Positions 21,258 through 30,272 of a stretch of 64,000 nt of DNA are shown here, one piece after another; positions within the stretch are counted from its first letter, which is position 1, and every line of letters starts with the position of its first letter. Under the pieces are notes generated by a model. That model had not been told where the DNA came from. It did not search any database and saw only the letters and a program-made list of their open reading frames with translations. Source of the DNA: Acidimicrobiia bacterium (GTDB taxonomy: Bacteria > Actinomycetota > Acidimicrobiia > Spongiisociales > UBA11373); NCBI GenBank assembly GCA_040878325.1, contig JBBDMM010000012.1, positions 62,001-126,000 on the forward strand. Reading direction: 5' to 3'. The translations under genes were made by a program, and so were the position numbers.

Positions 21258-22490
21258 TCAGGCGAGATCGTCGAGGGCGGACAGCACCCGGTCCACTTCA
21301 TCCTGCGTGTTGTAGTGGACAAAGCCGATGCGCACCAGACCACCCTTGTCGCCGAGGGCCAACCGGTCCAGCACATTGACCGCGTAGAAGTTGCCGCTCC
21401 ACACGAAAATGCCCTGCTTGCCCAACTCGGCGGCAACGTCGCCGGCGGAGACTCCCCCGACATGCACTGCGAACGTCGAAACGCGCTCATCGATCCGCGC
21501 CGGATCGCTGATCCCATGGACCGTCACGGCTGGCATCTCGGCCACACCTGCGAGGAACCTCGCGGCCATGGCATCCTCGTGCTCCCGGATGGCACCGAAT
21601 GCGCTTTCGAGGCGGTCGCGCCTGCTCTGGCCGGTTCCGAGTGAAGCCAGGTAGTCGATGGCAGCGTGCACCCCCGCCAGCGCCTCGAAGGACTGCGTAC
21701 CCGTCTCCCACCGTCCCGGACCGACCTCCGGAGCAGGGACGACCTTGTACGGCGTGAGGTTCCGCAGGTGCTCAGATCGGGCCCAGAGCATGCCGGTGTG
21801 AGGGCCACAGAACTTGTAGGCGCTCGCTGCGAGGAAGTCTGCGCCGAGACTGGATACGTCCGAGATTCGATGAGCCGAATAGTGGACCGCATCGACGAAC
21901 ACCTGCGCCCCGACGCCCCGGGCCATCTCGATGATCGTGCCGAGGGGGGTGACGGTGCCGACGGCATTGGAAGCGGCGGTGACCGCAATCAGCCGGGTGC
22001 GCTCACCGATTACCTCCGCCAGGGAGGCGAGGTCGATGGTGCCATCTTCGGGCCGCAGGCCGGCCACCTTGATCGTGGCCCCTCTGTCAGCCGCAGCCAA
22101 GCGCCACGGCGTGACGTTGGCGTCGTGGTCGAGCGCGGTGACCACGATCTCGTCGCCTTCCCGCCACTCACGGGCGATCGCCCGAGACAGCGAGAAGGTG
22201 AGGCTCGTCATGTTCTGGCCGAACACGATCTCGTCCGGTTCGCCGCCAAAGAGGTCGGCGGCGGCCAACCGGGCGTCCCGCACCACGCTGGCCGCGTCCA
22301 CCGACGAACTGAAGGAGCCTCCGAGGTTACTCAGCCCGCTTTGGAGGACGCCGGCCATCGCGTCGATCACAACCTGCGGTACCTGAGTTCCTGCAGGGCC
22401 GTCGAGGTGGGCGACACCCCGCCCATCGACGGCGCGTTGTAGCGCGGGGATGCCGTCGCGGATTCGGTCGACATCGAGTGGCTGGAGCAT
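21258..22490 (-). CDS. Cysteine desulfurase-like PLP aminotransferase class V
   Basis: DGPAGTQVP, DHDANV, DAVH, SAYKFCGPH, ETGT. Confidence 0.88.
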   Translation of the reverse strand: MLQPLDVDRIRDGIPALQRAVDGRGVAHLDGPAGTQVPQVVIDAMAGVLQSGLSNLGGSFSSSVDAASVVRDARLAAADLFGGEPDEIVFGQNMTSLTFSLSRAIAREWREGDEIVVTALDHDANVTPWRLAAADRGATIKVAGLRPEDGTIDLASLAEVIGERTRLIAVTAASNAVGTVTPLGTIIEMARGVGAQVFVDAVHYSAHRISDVSSLGADFLAASAYKFCGPHTGMLWARSEHLRNLTPYKVVPAPEVGPGRWETGTQSFEALAGVHAAIDYLASLGTGQSRRDRLESAFGAIREHEDAMAARFLAGVAEMPAVTVHGISDPARIDERVSTFAVHVGGVSAGDVAAELGKQGIFVWSGNFYAVNVLDRLALGDKGGLVRIGFVHYNTQDEVDRVLSALDDLA

Positions 22491-22561
22491 CGGCAGACCA
22501 TAACCCTTACGTGGCCGGGCTCTCCTGCGCTCGTGTTGCTGCACCGAGGCGGTGAGGGGGA

Positions 22562-23185
22562 TCAGGGCAGGACGGTCATCTCGACGAAGACCATGTCCTT
22601 GACCATCCGGGTGAGGGTCCAGGCATTCACCCAGGCCTCGACCTGATGCGTGCCTTCGAACGCCCGCCCTTCCACCCAGCAGTCGGTGGACTCCCCCGGC
22701 TCGAGGATGCGGGCTTCACACCGCGCCGGCCCGTAGAGCTCGACGTAGGCGTAAACACCCCACAGCGTTCCAGCGGACTTGTTGGTGACATGGAGGCGCC
22801 ACGTGACCCGGTCGCCATCTTCGATGACGCCGAACTCCTTGCCATCGCCCTCCCCTTCGAAGTAGAGGCCGAGGGTGACGGTCCCGTCGTATCCGTCCTC
22901 CGGCAACATCGGCAAGGTCGTCGTAGTGGGTGCCAGCGTCGTGGTGGGGACGGGCACGGTCGTCGTGGTGGGCGCGATCGTGGTGGTGACGACCGGGCCG
23001 GTGGTGGTGGTGGTGGTGGTGGTGGTGGTGGTGGTGGTCGAAGCATCTCCAGCGCCGCCGGCTCCGGGTCCGGACGACGCAGTCAGGCGCGGGGTGACCA
23101 GGAGGAAGGCGGCGAACATGACGCCCGCCAGGGCGACGATGAAGATCGTGCGGCCGATCCCGTCGGGGAGTCGTTTCATTGACAC
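22562..23185 (-). CDS. Membrane-anchored protein with poly-Thr linker and small C-terminal Ig-like domain
   Basis: N-terminal TM helix, Thr run, beta-rich C-terminus with a Cys pair. Confidence 0.65.
   Translation of the reverse strand: MSMKRLPDGIGRTIFIVALAGVMFAAFLLVTPRLTASSGPGAGGAGDASTTTTTTTTTTTTTGPVVTTTIAPTTTTVPVPTTTLAPTTTTLPMLPEDGYDGTVTLGLYFEGEGDGKEFGVIEDGDRVTWRLHVTNKSAGTLWGVYAYVELYGPARCEARILEPGESTDCWVEGRAFEGTHQVEAWVNAWTLTRMVKDMVFVEMTVLP
23000..23038 (-). repeat. (ACC)n trinucleotide tract encoding poly-Thr
   Basis: About 13 consecutive ACC codons. Confidence 0.85.
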
Positions 23186-23279
23186 CGAAGACCACTTTCC
23201 GTTGCTTTCCCACCACTGTAAGTGATGGTGGTGACGGCGTCACCCCCCGCGGATCGTCATTACGCCGCGCCAAGTGTGA

Positions 23280-24932
23280 CTAGTCCCTCGGACGCATGGC
23301 GGCGAGCACGAGACGGGCGATCGCATCGTGCCCCACCTCGTTGGGGTGAAGGGTTCCGGTGGTGTCGAAACGGGCTTCCGGCCCCTGCAGCACGGCCGAC
23401 TGGGCTGCGGTGCGATACCAGGTGACGTCGATACCCCCCAGGAGCATCGGCCCCCCACCCAGGCCCGGATTGCGGAACCAGCCCTCCGGATAAGAAAGGC
23501 GAGCGCCACCGATCGGCGCGGTGTGCCCGTACTCAGCCGGGTAGCCGTAGTCGGGCCAGGGGGCGCAGTAGCCATGGCCGGCTGCGAAGGCTTCCGCGAC
23601 TCCGCCCACGAAGATCCAACCGCGGCGACTGGCGGCGTCGCTGATCACATCGTTCAGCGGACCGAGGAGGAGATCCACTCCGAGTTGCTGCTCATTGCGG
23701 TCGATCTCATGCACCCCGAAGGGCGGAGTGGCGTCGCCCACAATCTCGCGGCACTGCTCGCCGGCGACGTCCGCCCCGGTCGGATCGGGATATCCCACTA
23801 TCACGGTCGTGCCCACCTCAAAGGACGCCAGGGCGCCCTCCAACCTGTCGAATGCGCCCGGCAGTCCATCGAGCCCGGGCAATTCGCTCCAGCCGCGGCG
23901 GCTTTCGTCTGGCCGGCACACCAGTGAGAAGGGGGCCTTGTAGCCCAGACTCACTCCCCGGCTCCAATCGCCGTCGCGTACCGCGGAAAAGGTGTTCTCG
24001 ATCAGCATGTCGTAACAGATCGGGTCGAGCATCGGGTCCGCTTCGATCAGCCTCCGCACCGCCCGAACGAACCCTACGTCGTTGCCTCCGGCCTGGATCA
24101 GCAGCACATCGATCCGGCGGTCACCGACGAGGTGCCTCAACTCGTCGATCTGGGACGAGTCGAGGCCGTCACCCTGGGCAGTAAGGATTCCGCGGTCGAT
24201 GCGCGCTCCCGAGGCAGCCACGGAGATGAACGTCACCGAAGTGGAGCGGTCGACCCGCTCCATCGCCAGCGCGACCCGGGCAGGCCACGCCACGCTCGAC
24301 CGCCGTGCTGCGGCATGGGTGACTACGGCCGCCGGATCGGACGAACCGGCCCAACGCGCCGGGACCGACGATCCGACCCGGGGGGCCTCGGGGTTTCCCT
24401 CCCCTGAGGCATAGGAATCGCCGATGGCCACGATGAGGAGGTCGTCCACCTCGAAATCCTCAAGGATCGAAGCACTCAGGCTCACCCACCCGAGCCGGAT
24501 TCCGGCAGCCACCTCCATCGTGTACCGGCCCTCGGGGAGAAGCAGCCGCAACTCGGGGTCCAGCGTCGTGTATCGGAGCGGCGCCTCGAGCGCACCACCA
24601 TGAACGGTCCATCGATAATTGGTCACCGGCAGGCCCGCCAGGTCGGCCGTGGTTCCCGACAGCCCGGCCTCGAAGATCAGGCCGAACTTCGCTTCGGGAC
24701 AACCCCCAGGACACGATCCCGGTGCCAGGTTGTGGGCGTACTCGGTCGTGTTCGGCAGGTCCATTAAGCCATCGCCATCGTCGTCACCGCCGAACCGGTC
24801 GGTCATCGACCAGGTGATGATCGGAACGATTGGATCTGATCCTGCAGATGCGTCAGCCGGCGACGCGGGAAGTCCGGCCAGAGCGACGCCGCACGCAAGT
24901 GCCAAGAGGATGATCTTCGGTCGCTTCATCAC
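23280..24932 (-). CDS. Secreted SGNH/GDSL hydrolase
   Basis: Signal peptide; GDSYASG, GGND, TLHPN blocks; DDDGDG Ca-like loop. Confidence 0.8.
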   Translation of the reverse strand: MMKRPKIILLALACGVALAGLPASPADASAGSDPIVPIITWSMTDRFGGDDDGDGLMDLPNTTEYAHNLAPGSCPGGCPEAKFGLIFEAGLSGTTADLAGLPVTNYRWTVHGGALEAPLRYTTLDPELRLLLPEGRYTMEVAAGIRLGWVSLSASILEDFEVDDLLIVAIGDSYASGEGNPEAPRVGSSVPARWAGSSDPAAVVTHAAARRSSVAWPARVALAMERVDRSTSVTFISVAASGARIDRGILTAQGDGLDSSQIDELRHLVGDRRIDVLLIQAGGNDVGFVRAVRRLIEADPMLDPICYDMLIENTFSAVRDGDWSRGVSLGYKAPFSLVCRPDESRRGWSELPGLDGLPGAFDRLEGALASFEVGTTVIVGYPDPTGADVAGEQCREIVGDATPPFGVHEIDRNEQQLGVDLLLGPLNDVISDAASRRGWIFVGGVAEAFAAGHGYCAPWPDYGYPAEYGHTAPIGGARLSYPEGWFRNPGLGGGPMLLGGIDVTWYRTAAQSAVLQGPEARFDTTGTLHPNEVGHDAIARLVLAAMRPRD

Positions 24933-24997
24933 AATGGGAACACCGTAGGGGGCTCACGGGTTCCCACCGACCACTGAAGAGGATGGAGCCCGGGACC

Positions 24998-25372
24998 TCA
25001 GGCTCGCTCGCGGAACCATTCGGTGAATTCGACGCAGCGCCCCTCGGCGTCGAATTCCATGGCAAAGCAGTTGTCGTACACCGCTCTGGTCTCTGTTCGG
25101 TCGGGGTCCGTGTAGTAGCGGCTCCAGCCGGTCGCCACCACCCGATTGCCGTCGACGGCGTAAGGCTCGTACACGGCCTCGAAGGTGCCGGCGTCGTCGG
25201 GATCGCCGAGCCAGGACTCGACCACCGCGGTTCGCCCCACCAGTGGGGCATCGGCGGGGTGATACCGATACTCGATGCCCTCGGCGAACAGGTCGCCGAT
25301 CGCGTTGGGGTCGTACGATTCCCAGGCGCGCACATAGCGGTCGAGCCATTCCCTCGCCGAGGCGTGATTCAC
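24998..25372 (-). CDS. SnoaL-like/NTF2 family protein
   Basis: Y..AW...D....LF, GR..V, FDAEGRC.EF.EW. Confidence 0.85.
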   Translation of the reverse strand: MNHASAREWLDRYVRAWESYDPNAIGDLFAEGIEYRYHPADAPLVGRTAVVESWLGDPDDAGTFEAVYEPYAVDGNRVVATGWSRYYTDPDRTETRAVYDNCFAMEFDAEGRCVEFTEWFRERA

Positions 25373-25396
25373 GGCCGGGTCTCCCTTCGGATGCCT

Positions 25397-25801
25397 CTAG
25401 GTCGCTTCGGCGAGACGGCGCGCCAGTTCGCGCAGCATGCTGAGGGTCATCGCCGGCTCCTGTTCGAGTAGATCGAGCAGGTCATCGCGGCGGATGGCGA
25501 GTGCTCGCAGCGGTTCGACCGTGATCACCCGGGCGGCCCGCGGCGTGTCGGCGAGCACCGACAGCTCTCCGAAGAAGGCGCCGGGGCCACGCTCGATTTC
25601 GCGCCCGTCGGGAAGTTCGACCCGGACGGCTCCCTCTTCGATCACGAAGACCCCGGTGCCGGCCTGGCCGAGCTCGATGAGCACCATTCCCTTGGGCGCC
25701 TCGAACTCGGTGGCGAGCCGTGCCACCCGTTCGAGTGCCGATTCGTCGAGCCCGCCGAAGAGGGGCACCTGGCGCAAGCTGTTCACCGCAGGCGTCGTCA
25801 T
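25397..25801 (-). CDS. Stand-alone cyclic nucleotide-binding domain protein
   Basis: VPLF, FFGELS, PRAA phosphate-binding cassette; no HTH. Confidence 0.88.
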   Translation of the reverse strand: MTTPAVNSLRQVPLFGGLDESALERVARLATEFEAPKGMVLIELGQAGTGVFVIEEGAVRVELPDGREIERGPGAFFGELSVLADTPRAARVITVEPLRALAIRRDDLLDLLEQEPAMTLSMLRELARRLAEAT

Positions 25802-25868
25802 CGTCGGAGGCTACCTCGGCCCGGCTGCCTCGGGGTCGGCGGGCGGAGAACGGTGCCACAATCCCCCG

Positions 25869-26294
25869 GTGCGCATCAGCCTGGTGACCCTCGGCGTCGA
25901 GGATCTGGCGAGGTCCCGACGGTTCTACGAAGCACTCGGGTGGACCAGCGGGTCAGCCCCGGAAGACGACGTCGTCTTCTTCCAGTCAGGGGGAATGGTG
26001 TTCGGCCTGTGGGATCGCCGCCGGCTGGCCGAGGACAGCGGCGTAGCGGATACGGGGGGCTGGGGAGGGATGACCCTCGCCCACAACCTCGGAGCGCCTG
26101 ATGAGGTGGACCAATTCATCGCACGGGCGCGCCTTGCGGGCGCAGCCATCGTGCGAGAGCCAGCGCCAACCTTCTGGGGCGGGTACTCCGGCGCCTTCAC
26201 CGACCCGGACGGTCATCCGTGGGAGGTCGCTCACAATCCGTTCTGGCCCATCGATGCTTCTGGGGCCATCCACCTGCCACCCGCGCCGGGGTGA
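25869..26294 (+). CDS. VOC/glyoxalase family protein
   Basis: ISLVTLGVEDL..SRRFY, FWGGYSG.FTDPDGH.WE. Confidence 0.9.
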   Translation: MRISLVTLGVEDLARSRRFYEALGWTSGSAPEDDVVFFQSGGMVFGLWDRRRLAEDSGVADTGGWGGMTLAHNLGAPDEVDQFIARARLAGAAIVREPAPTFWGGYSGAFTDPDGHPWEVAHNPFWPIDASGAIHLPPAPG

Positions 26295-26310
26295 CCATGG
26301 CCCTTGTGGA

Positions 26311-26370
26311 CTAGGTGAGGACGATCAGCAGAATGATGATGAGGACGAGGGTTCCGATTCCGATGTACAT
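26311..26370 (-). CDS. 19-aa hydrophobic micropeptide MYIGIGTLVLIIILLIVLT
   Basis: AAGGGAAG RBS; SigF/SigB-type promoter upstream. Confidence 0.6.
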   Translation of the reverse strand: MYIGIGTLVLIIILLIVLT

Positions 26371-26402
26371 GTGTCTTCCCTTTGGTCGTTGGCATCCAGA
26401 TG

Positions 26403-26427
26403 TACCCCGCCGGTGCGGGCCATAAAC
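26403..26427 (-). promoter_or_regulatory. SigF/SigB-type promoter GTTT-N16-GGGTA
   Basis: Reverse strand GTTT atggcccgcaccggcg GGGTA upstream of the micropeptide. Confidence 0.6.
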
Positions 26428-26436
26428 AGGCTCTGG

Positions 26437-26462
26437 GGTTTCCGTGGACGGGTTTGCGGGTA
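26437..26462 (+). promoter_or_regulatory. SigF/SigB-type promoter GGTTT-N16-GGGTA
   Basis: GGTTT ccgtggacgggtttgc GGGTA upstream of the PRC-barrel gene. Confidence 0.65.
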
Positions 26463-26501
26463 GGTGGCCCTAGAACGCCGCTACTCGAAGGAGACACTCC
26501 G

Positions 26502-26849
26502 ATGACCACGCCCAGACTCCTATCCGCCCACAGTCTCATGTCCGACCGGGTGCAGCAGCCTTCCGGCGAGCACCTCGGGGACATGAAGGAATTGATGATC
26601 GACCTGGACACCGGCCGCATCGCCTATGCCGTGCTGTCGTTCGGCGGGTTCCTCGGACTCGGCGACAAGTTGTTCGCCCTCCCCTGGTCGGTGTTTCACG
26701 TCGACACGGACGAGAAGGCCCTCGTGCTCGACGTGCCGAAGGAGACCCTCGAGCAGGCACCAGGCTTCGACAAGTCGAACTGGCCCGCGGGGCCCGAGCA
26801 TTGGGGTCTCGTCGACACCCATTGGGCCGACTACCGCCGAGTCGCCTGA
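26502..26849 (+). CDS. PRC-barrel domain protein
   Basis: G...ELMID..GRIAYAVLSFGGFLG.GDKLFALPW, APGFD; AAGGAG RBS. Confidence 0.9.
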   Translation: MTTPRLLSAHSLMSDRVQQPSGEHLGDMKELMIDLDTGRIAYAVLSFGGFLGLGDKLFALPWSVFHVDTDEKALVLDVPKETLEQAPGFDKSNWPAGPEHWGLVDTHWADYRRVA

Positions 26850-26863
26850 ACAAGCCAAACGCG

Positions 26864-26898
26864 GACGTTGCCCCCGGCACTTTGTCGGGGGCAACGTC
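26864..26898. terminator. GC-rich hairpin between convergent genes
   Basis: gacgttgcccccggca / tgtcgggggcaacgtc. Confidence 0.7.
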
Positions 26899-26912
26899 GC
26901 GAGACCGGCAGG

Positions 26913-28160
26913 TCAGCGCCGGCGACGGGTGCGGAAACGTCGCGAGATCTCGACCTCGCTCGTGCGCTTGGGATCGACCGCAGCCGGTTCGAAGGCCACC
27001 AGGTCGTCGAGCCGGGGGTCGTTGGAGAACATCTTCACGATCTCTAGGTTGAGGCCCGAGGCCCGCTGCAGCCGTTCGACGTCCTCGACCTGGTCCCACT
27101 CGACCAGGGACACCACCAGGCCGGTCTCCCCCGCCCGGGCGGTGCGTCCCGAGCGGTGGACGAAACTCTTGTAGTCCTGGGGGGGATCGAAGTGCATCAC
27201 CACGTCGACATCGTCGATATGGAGGCCCCGGGAGGCGATGTTGGTGGCCACCAGTGCAGGGAGCCGCCCCTCGGCGAAGTCGCCGAGCACCCGTTCGCGG
27301 TCCTTCTGGATCTTGTCACCGTGGATGGCCAGAGCATCCACCCCTTCGTCCTGGAGCTGTCGGGTCACCCGATCGGCGTTCGCCTTGGTGCCCACGAAGA
27401 TCAGAGTGCGGGTCACCCCCCGGATGATCCGGGCTGCCACCTTGGCCTTGTCCATGTAGTGGACGGCGAGGAAGCGATGTGTCTGCTCGTCGACGATGTC
27501 GCTCTCAGTGATCACCTCGTGGCCCACCGGGTCACGCAGGTAGGCAGTGACTAGGGAGCGCACGGCGCCGTCGAGGGTGGCCGAGAACAGCATCACTTGA
27601 GGTTCACCGGCGATCGAGCGCATGATCGATCGAACCTGGGGAAGGAAGCCCATGTCGGCCATTTGGTCGGCCTCGTCGAGCACCACACAGTCGACGGCCG
27701 TGACGGAGACCAACTTGCGCCTGATCAGGTCGATCAGCCGCCCGGGAGTGGCGATGACGATGTCGACCCCCCGCTCCAGTGCCTTTGTCTGGGTACCCAT
27801 CGACGCCCCGCCGTATACGGCGAGCAGCGAGCGGCCCATAGCCCTGGCTAGGGGCTCGAGTTCGTCCGCAACCTGGCTGCACAGCTCCCGGGTTGGGACG
27901 AGGACCAGGGCCCCCGGCTGATTCGGGGGGGACTTCTTCGACCGCTCGATCATCGGGATGCCGAAGGCAAGTGACTTGCCAGACCCGGTCTGGGCCCGGC
28001 CGCAGACATCGCGGCCGAGCAACGCGTCGGGGATGGTCATGACCTGGATCGGAAAGGGGGCGGTGATGCCGCGACCCCGAAGGACCTCGACGATCGGCTC
28101 GGAAACACCTAGGGCGGAGAAGTTGGTGACTGTGTCAGGGTTCATGGTGGAGTTCTGCAT
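26913..28160 (-). CDS. DEAD-box RNA helicase (RhlE-like)
   Basis: Q motif, AQTGSGKS, PTREL, DEAD, SAT, HRSGRTAR. Confidence 0.93.
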   Translation of the reverse strand: MQNSTMNPDTVTNFSALGVSEPIVEVLRGRGITAPFPIQVMTIPDALLGRDVCGRAQTGSGKSLAFGIPMIERSKKSPPNQPGALVLVPTRELCSQVADELEPLARAMGRSLLAVYGGASMGTQTKALERGVDIVIATPGRLIDLIRRKLVSVTAVDCVVLDEADQMADMGFLPQVRSIMRSIAGEPQVMLFSATLDGAVRSLVTAYLRDPVGHEVITESDIVDEQTHRFLAVHYMDKAKVAARIIRGVTRTLIFVGTKANADRVTRQLQDEGVDALAIHGDKIQKDRERVLGDFAEGRLPALVATNIASRGLHIDDVDVVMHFDPPQDYKSFVHRSGRTARAGETGLVVSLVEWDQVEDVERLQRASGLNLEIVKMFSNDPRLDDLVAFEPAAVDPKRTSEVEISRRFRTRRRR

Positions 28161-28703
28161 ATGTCCTTTTAGGAAGCGGCGGCGCGTCGACTCGTCGACG
28201 ATGGTTGACGGGAACGATGGCGCAATCTGCAGCGTCGGCCTGCCGTAGTTCAGTGTAACGGTCGGCAGGAGTGGATCCGGAATTGAGCCGCTCCCGACAT
28301 CCTCAACCAGTGTTTTCGAAGATCCGGCGCAACGACGCAGGTCATCCGGTCAGAGTCAGACCGGGTAGACGGCTGCAGCGCACCCGCCCACCGAATCGGG
28401 TTGCGGAGCACCACGAATGCACATGCGGTGAGACCGATCAGTACGGCAGGTGCTCCAACCGAATCGGCATGATTCGGCGCGGGCATAAACCGTTCGTTCG
28501 GCCGCACGCGGCAGCCTGCGACTCCGCGGGGCGGGTCCGGAGGCGTCGCCGGGAGAGGTCATGCGGGGTTATCGGCCCGTCAGGGCCCAGGGTTGAGGTA
28601 CGCCCGGTTCGAGGAGGCGTGGTCGCCGAGCCCTTCACCGACGCAATCGACCTAGAGGTCGTTTCTGATGGGTCCTCGGCAGACTCCCGGCGCACCACCA
28701 AGT

Positions 28704-28735
28704 AGGCCCCGCCGTCGCAAGCGACGGCGGGGCCT
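28704..28735. terminator. Perfect 15-bp inverted repeat, likely terminator of the 24-aa ORF
   Basis: aggccccgccgtcgc-aa-gcgacggcggggcct. Confidence 0.75.
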
Positions 28736-28762
28736 GGGTCGAATGGTTAGTTGGGTCAGCGA

Positions 28763-28837
28763 CTACCGCCTTCGACTGAATCCCCATCCCCCGCCAAGCA
28801 ACAACAGAACGAGAACGATGATCAGCAACGTGCTCAT
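28763..28837 (-). CDS. 24-aa membrane micropeptide MSTLLIIVLVLLLLGGGWGFSRRR (DUF3309-like)
   Basis: AAGGGAG RBS 5 nt upstream; SigF-type promoter; downstream hairpin. Confidence 0.7.
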   Translation of the reverse strand: MSTLLIIVLVLLLLGGGWGFSRRR

Positions 28838-28878
28838 TTCCACTCCCTTGATCGACAATGAACTTGCGTGAACTGTCT

Positions 28879-28905
28879 TACCCAACGGCGGCGCATTATC
28901 AAACC
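28879..28905 (-). promoter_or_regulatory. SigF/SigB-type promoter GGTTT-N17-GGGTA
   Basis: Reverse strand GGTTT gataatgcgccgccgtt GGGTAA. Confidence 0.65.
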
Positions 28906-28982
28906 GCGCAAGGGTTTCCGGTGTCCGACGCGAGACGGGTCCCAGTTGTCGGAACTCGCAGGACCGTAACCCGGCGGCCTGG

Positions 28983-29930
28983 CTAGCCGGTCCTCTCGTC
29001 CCACCACTTGAGGACTCGCCGCGCCCTGAGGGTGTTCCACTTGCTCGGCGCGCCTACGGGGGTTTCGAGGTCGAAGAAGACCCGCCCTGGGTGCAGTCGA
29101 TCGAGGAGCCATCGGCCGTCGGGCTGCTGCTTGGATCGGACGACCTCGATGGCCTCCTCCATCCTCGAGTCCGGTTCGTCCTGAGCTCTCCGGAAGTAGT
29201 CGAGGGCCCGCAGCACGTCATAATGCCAGTAGTACGGGAACGCGAAGTCCAGAAACCCAGGATCGACCACCTCCGCGGTGCTCTTGCGGTGAAACAGGCG
29301 GCGCTCGAGTAGGTACTCCTCACCGGCCCGGCGAGCATCGCCAACCCCTTGTTTGCCCTGGTTCGCCGCTTCGAGTTCGAGCAACCCGTCGAGGACGTTG
29401 ATCGTGCTGTCAAATGATGAGCGAACCGATCCCCGCTCCGCCTCACAGTTCCACCCACCGTCTTCGAGCGTCTCACTCAGAACCCTGTCGACGACGCCGG
29501 CCACATCCGCGCCCAGGTAGACGCCTGTCTCGATCGTTCGTCCGTTGATGCAGGGCTCCACCTCACCGTCGAAGTAGCGCTGCCCCTCGTGCTCCCACCG
29601 CCCGTTCTCCATCACGAGGCTCAGGGCCCGTTGCGCCGATGCGCTGTTTGGGGGAAGGCCGAAGATCTGCAGTGTCTGCAGCGTGTGCATCGTCGCCGTC
29701 CACGGCTGACCCGGCTCGTCACCGCCCCACACATAGTCGGCCGGGAAGCAAGCGCCACCCGCCCACAGCCCGTTCTCATCCTCGAGGGCGAGGAGCCGGG
29801 CACCCGACCCCTCGAATTCCACTCTGGAGCGCTCGCGCCCCCATTCGGACTCGGGGAGATCGAGCAGGTCACGCATCACCTGCCAGCGGATCGCCGGGTC
29901 GGAGTCGAGGAGCCAGTCGACAGTGATCAC
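28983..29930 (-). CDS. Prenyltransferase/squalene-cyclase-repeat (alpha/alpha barrel) protein
   Basis: WLLDSDPAIRWQ, DGGWNC, QQPDGRW (QW-like motifs). Confidence 0.7.
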   Translation of the reverse strand: MITVDWLLDSDPAIRWQVMRDLLDLPESEWGRERSRVEFEGSGARLLALEDENGLWAGGACFPADYVWGGDEPGQPWTATMHTLQTLQIFGLPPNSASAQRALSLVMENGRWEHEGQRYFDGEVEPCINGRTIETGVYLGADVAGVVDRVLSETLEDGGWNCEAERGSVRSSFDSTINVLDGLLELEAANQGKQGVGDARRAGEEYLLERRLFHRKSTAEVVDPGFLDFAFPYYWHYDVLRALDYFRRAQDEPDSRMEEAIEVVRSKQQPDGRWLLDRLHPGRVFFDLETPVGAPSKWNTLRARRVLKWWDERTG

Positions 29931-30272
29931 GGCCAGCCACACTAGACCACCAGTGCGACAGCCAGATCCCGCGTGGAGGGCTCAAGAAGTGGTCTTGTCC
30001 TTGGCGAAGTGAGCCTTTGGCTGATCGGTCAGACCGGGCGTGAAGACTCAGGAGTGGGACGCCCGGCCGTCATGTGTGCCAGAGTGGCGCTCATGAGCGA
30101 TAGCGTCATCCGTGACTTTGCGCGTCGATTGGTGCACGTTTGCCGGAGATGAGTTCGATCTGGCGCTCAAGCGTGTCTTGTCTTGAGCTGGGAACTTTTC
30201 GCCCCGCCCGGCGAGTGGGGCCGCCAGCAGTCGTAGCCCGCGACCGGATAGGCTGCTGACGCGGGAGGTCGC

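Noticed and set aside
23000..23038. (ACC)n tract as a phase-variation switch
   Set aside because: The triplet repeat is in frame and only alters linker length; Thr-rich linkers are common in this window.
28910..28930. Possible fourth degenerate att site (aagggtttccggtgtccgacg)
   Set aside because: Needs gaps and mismatches in the core; not supportable by eye.
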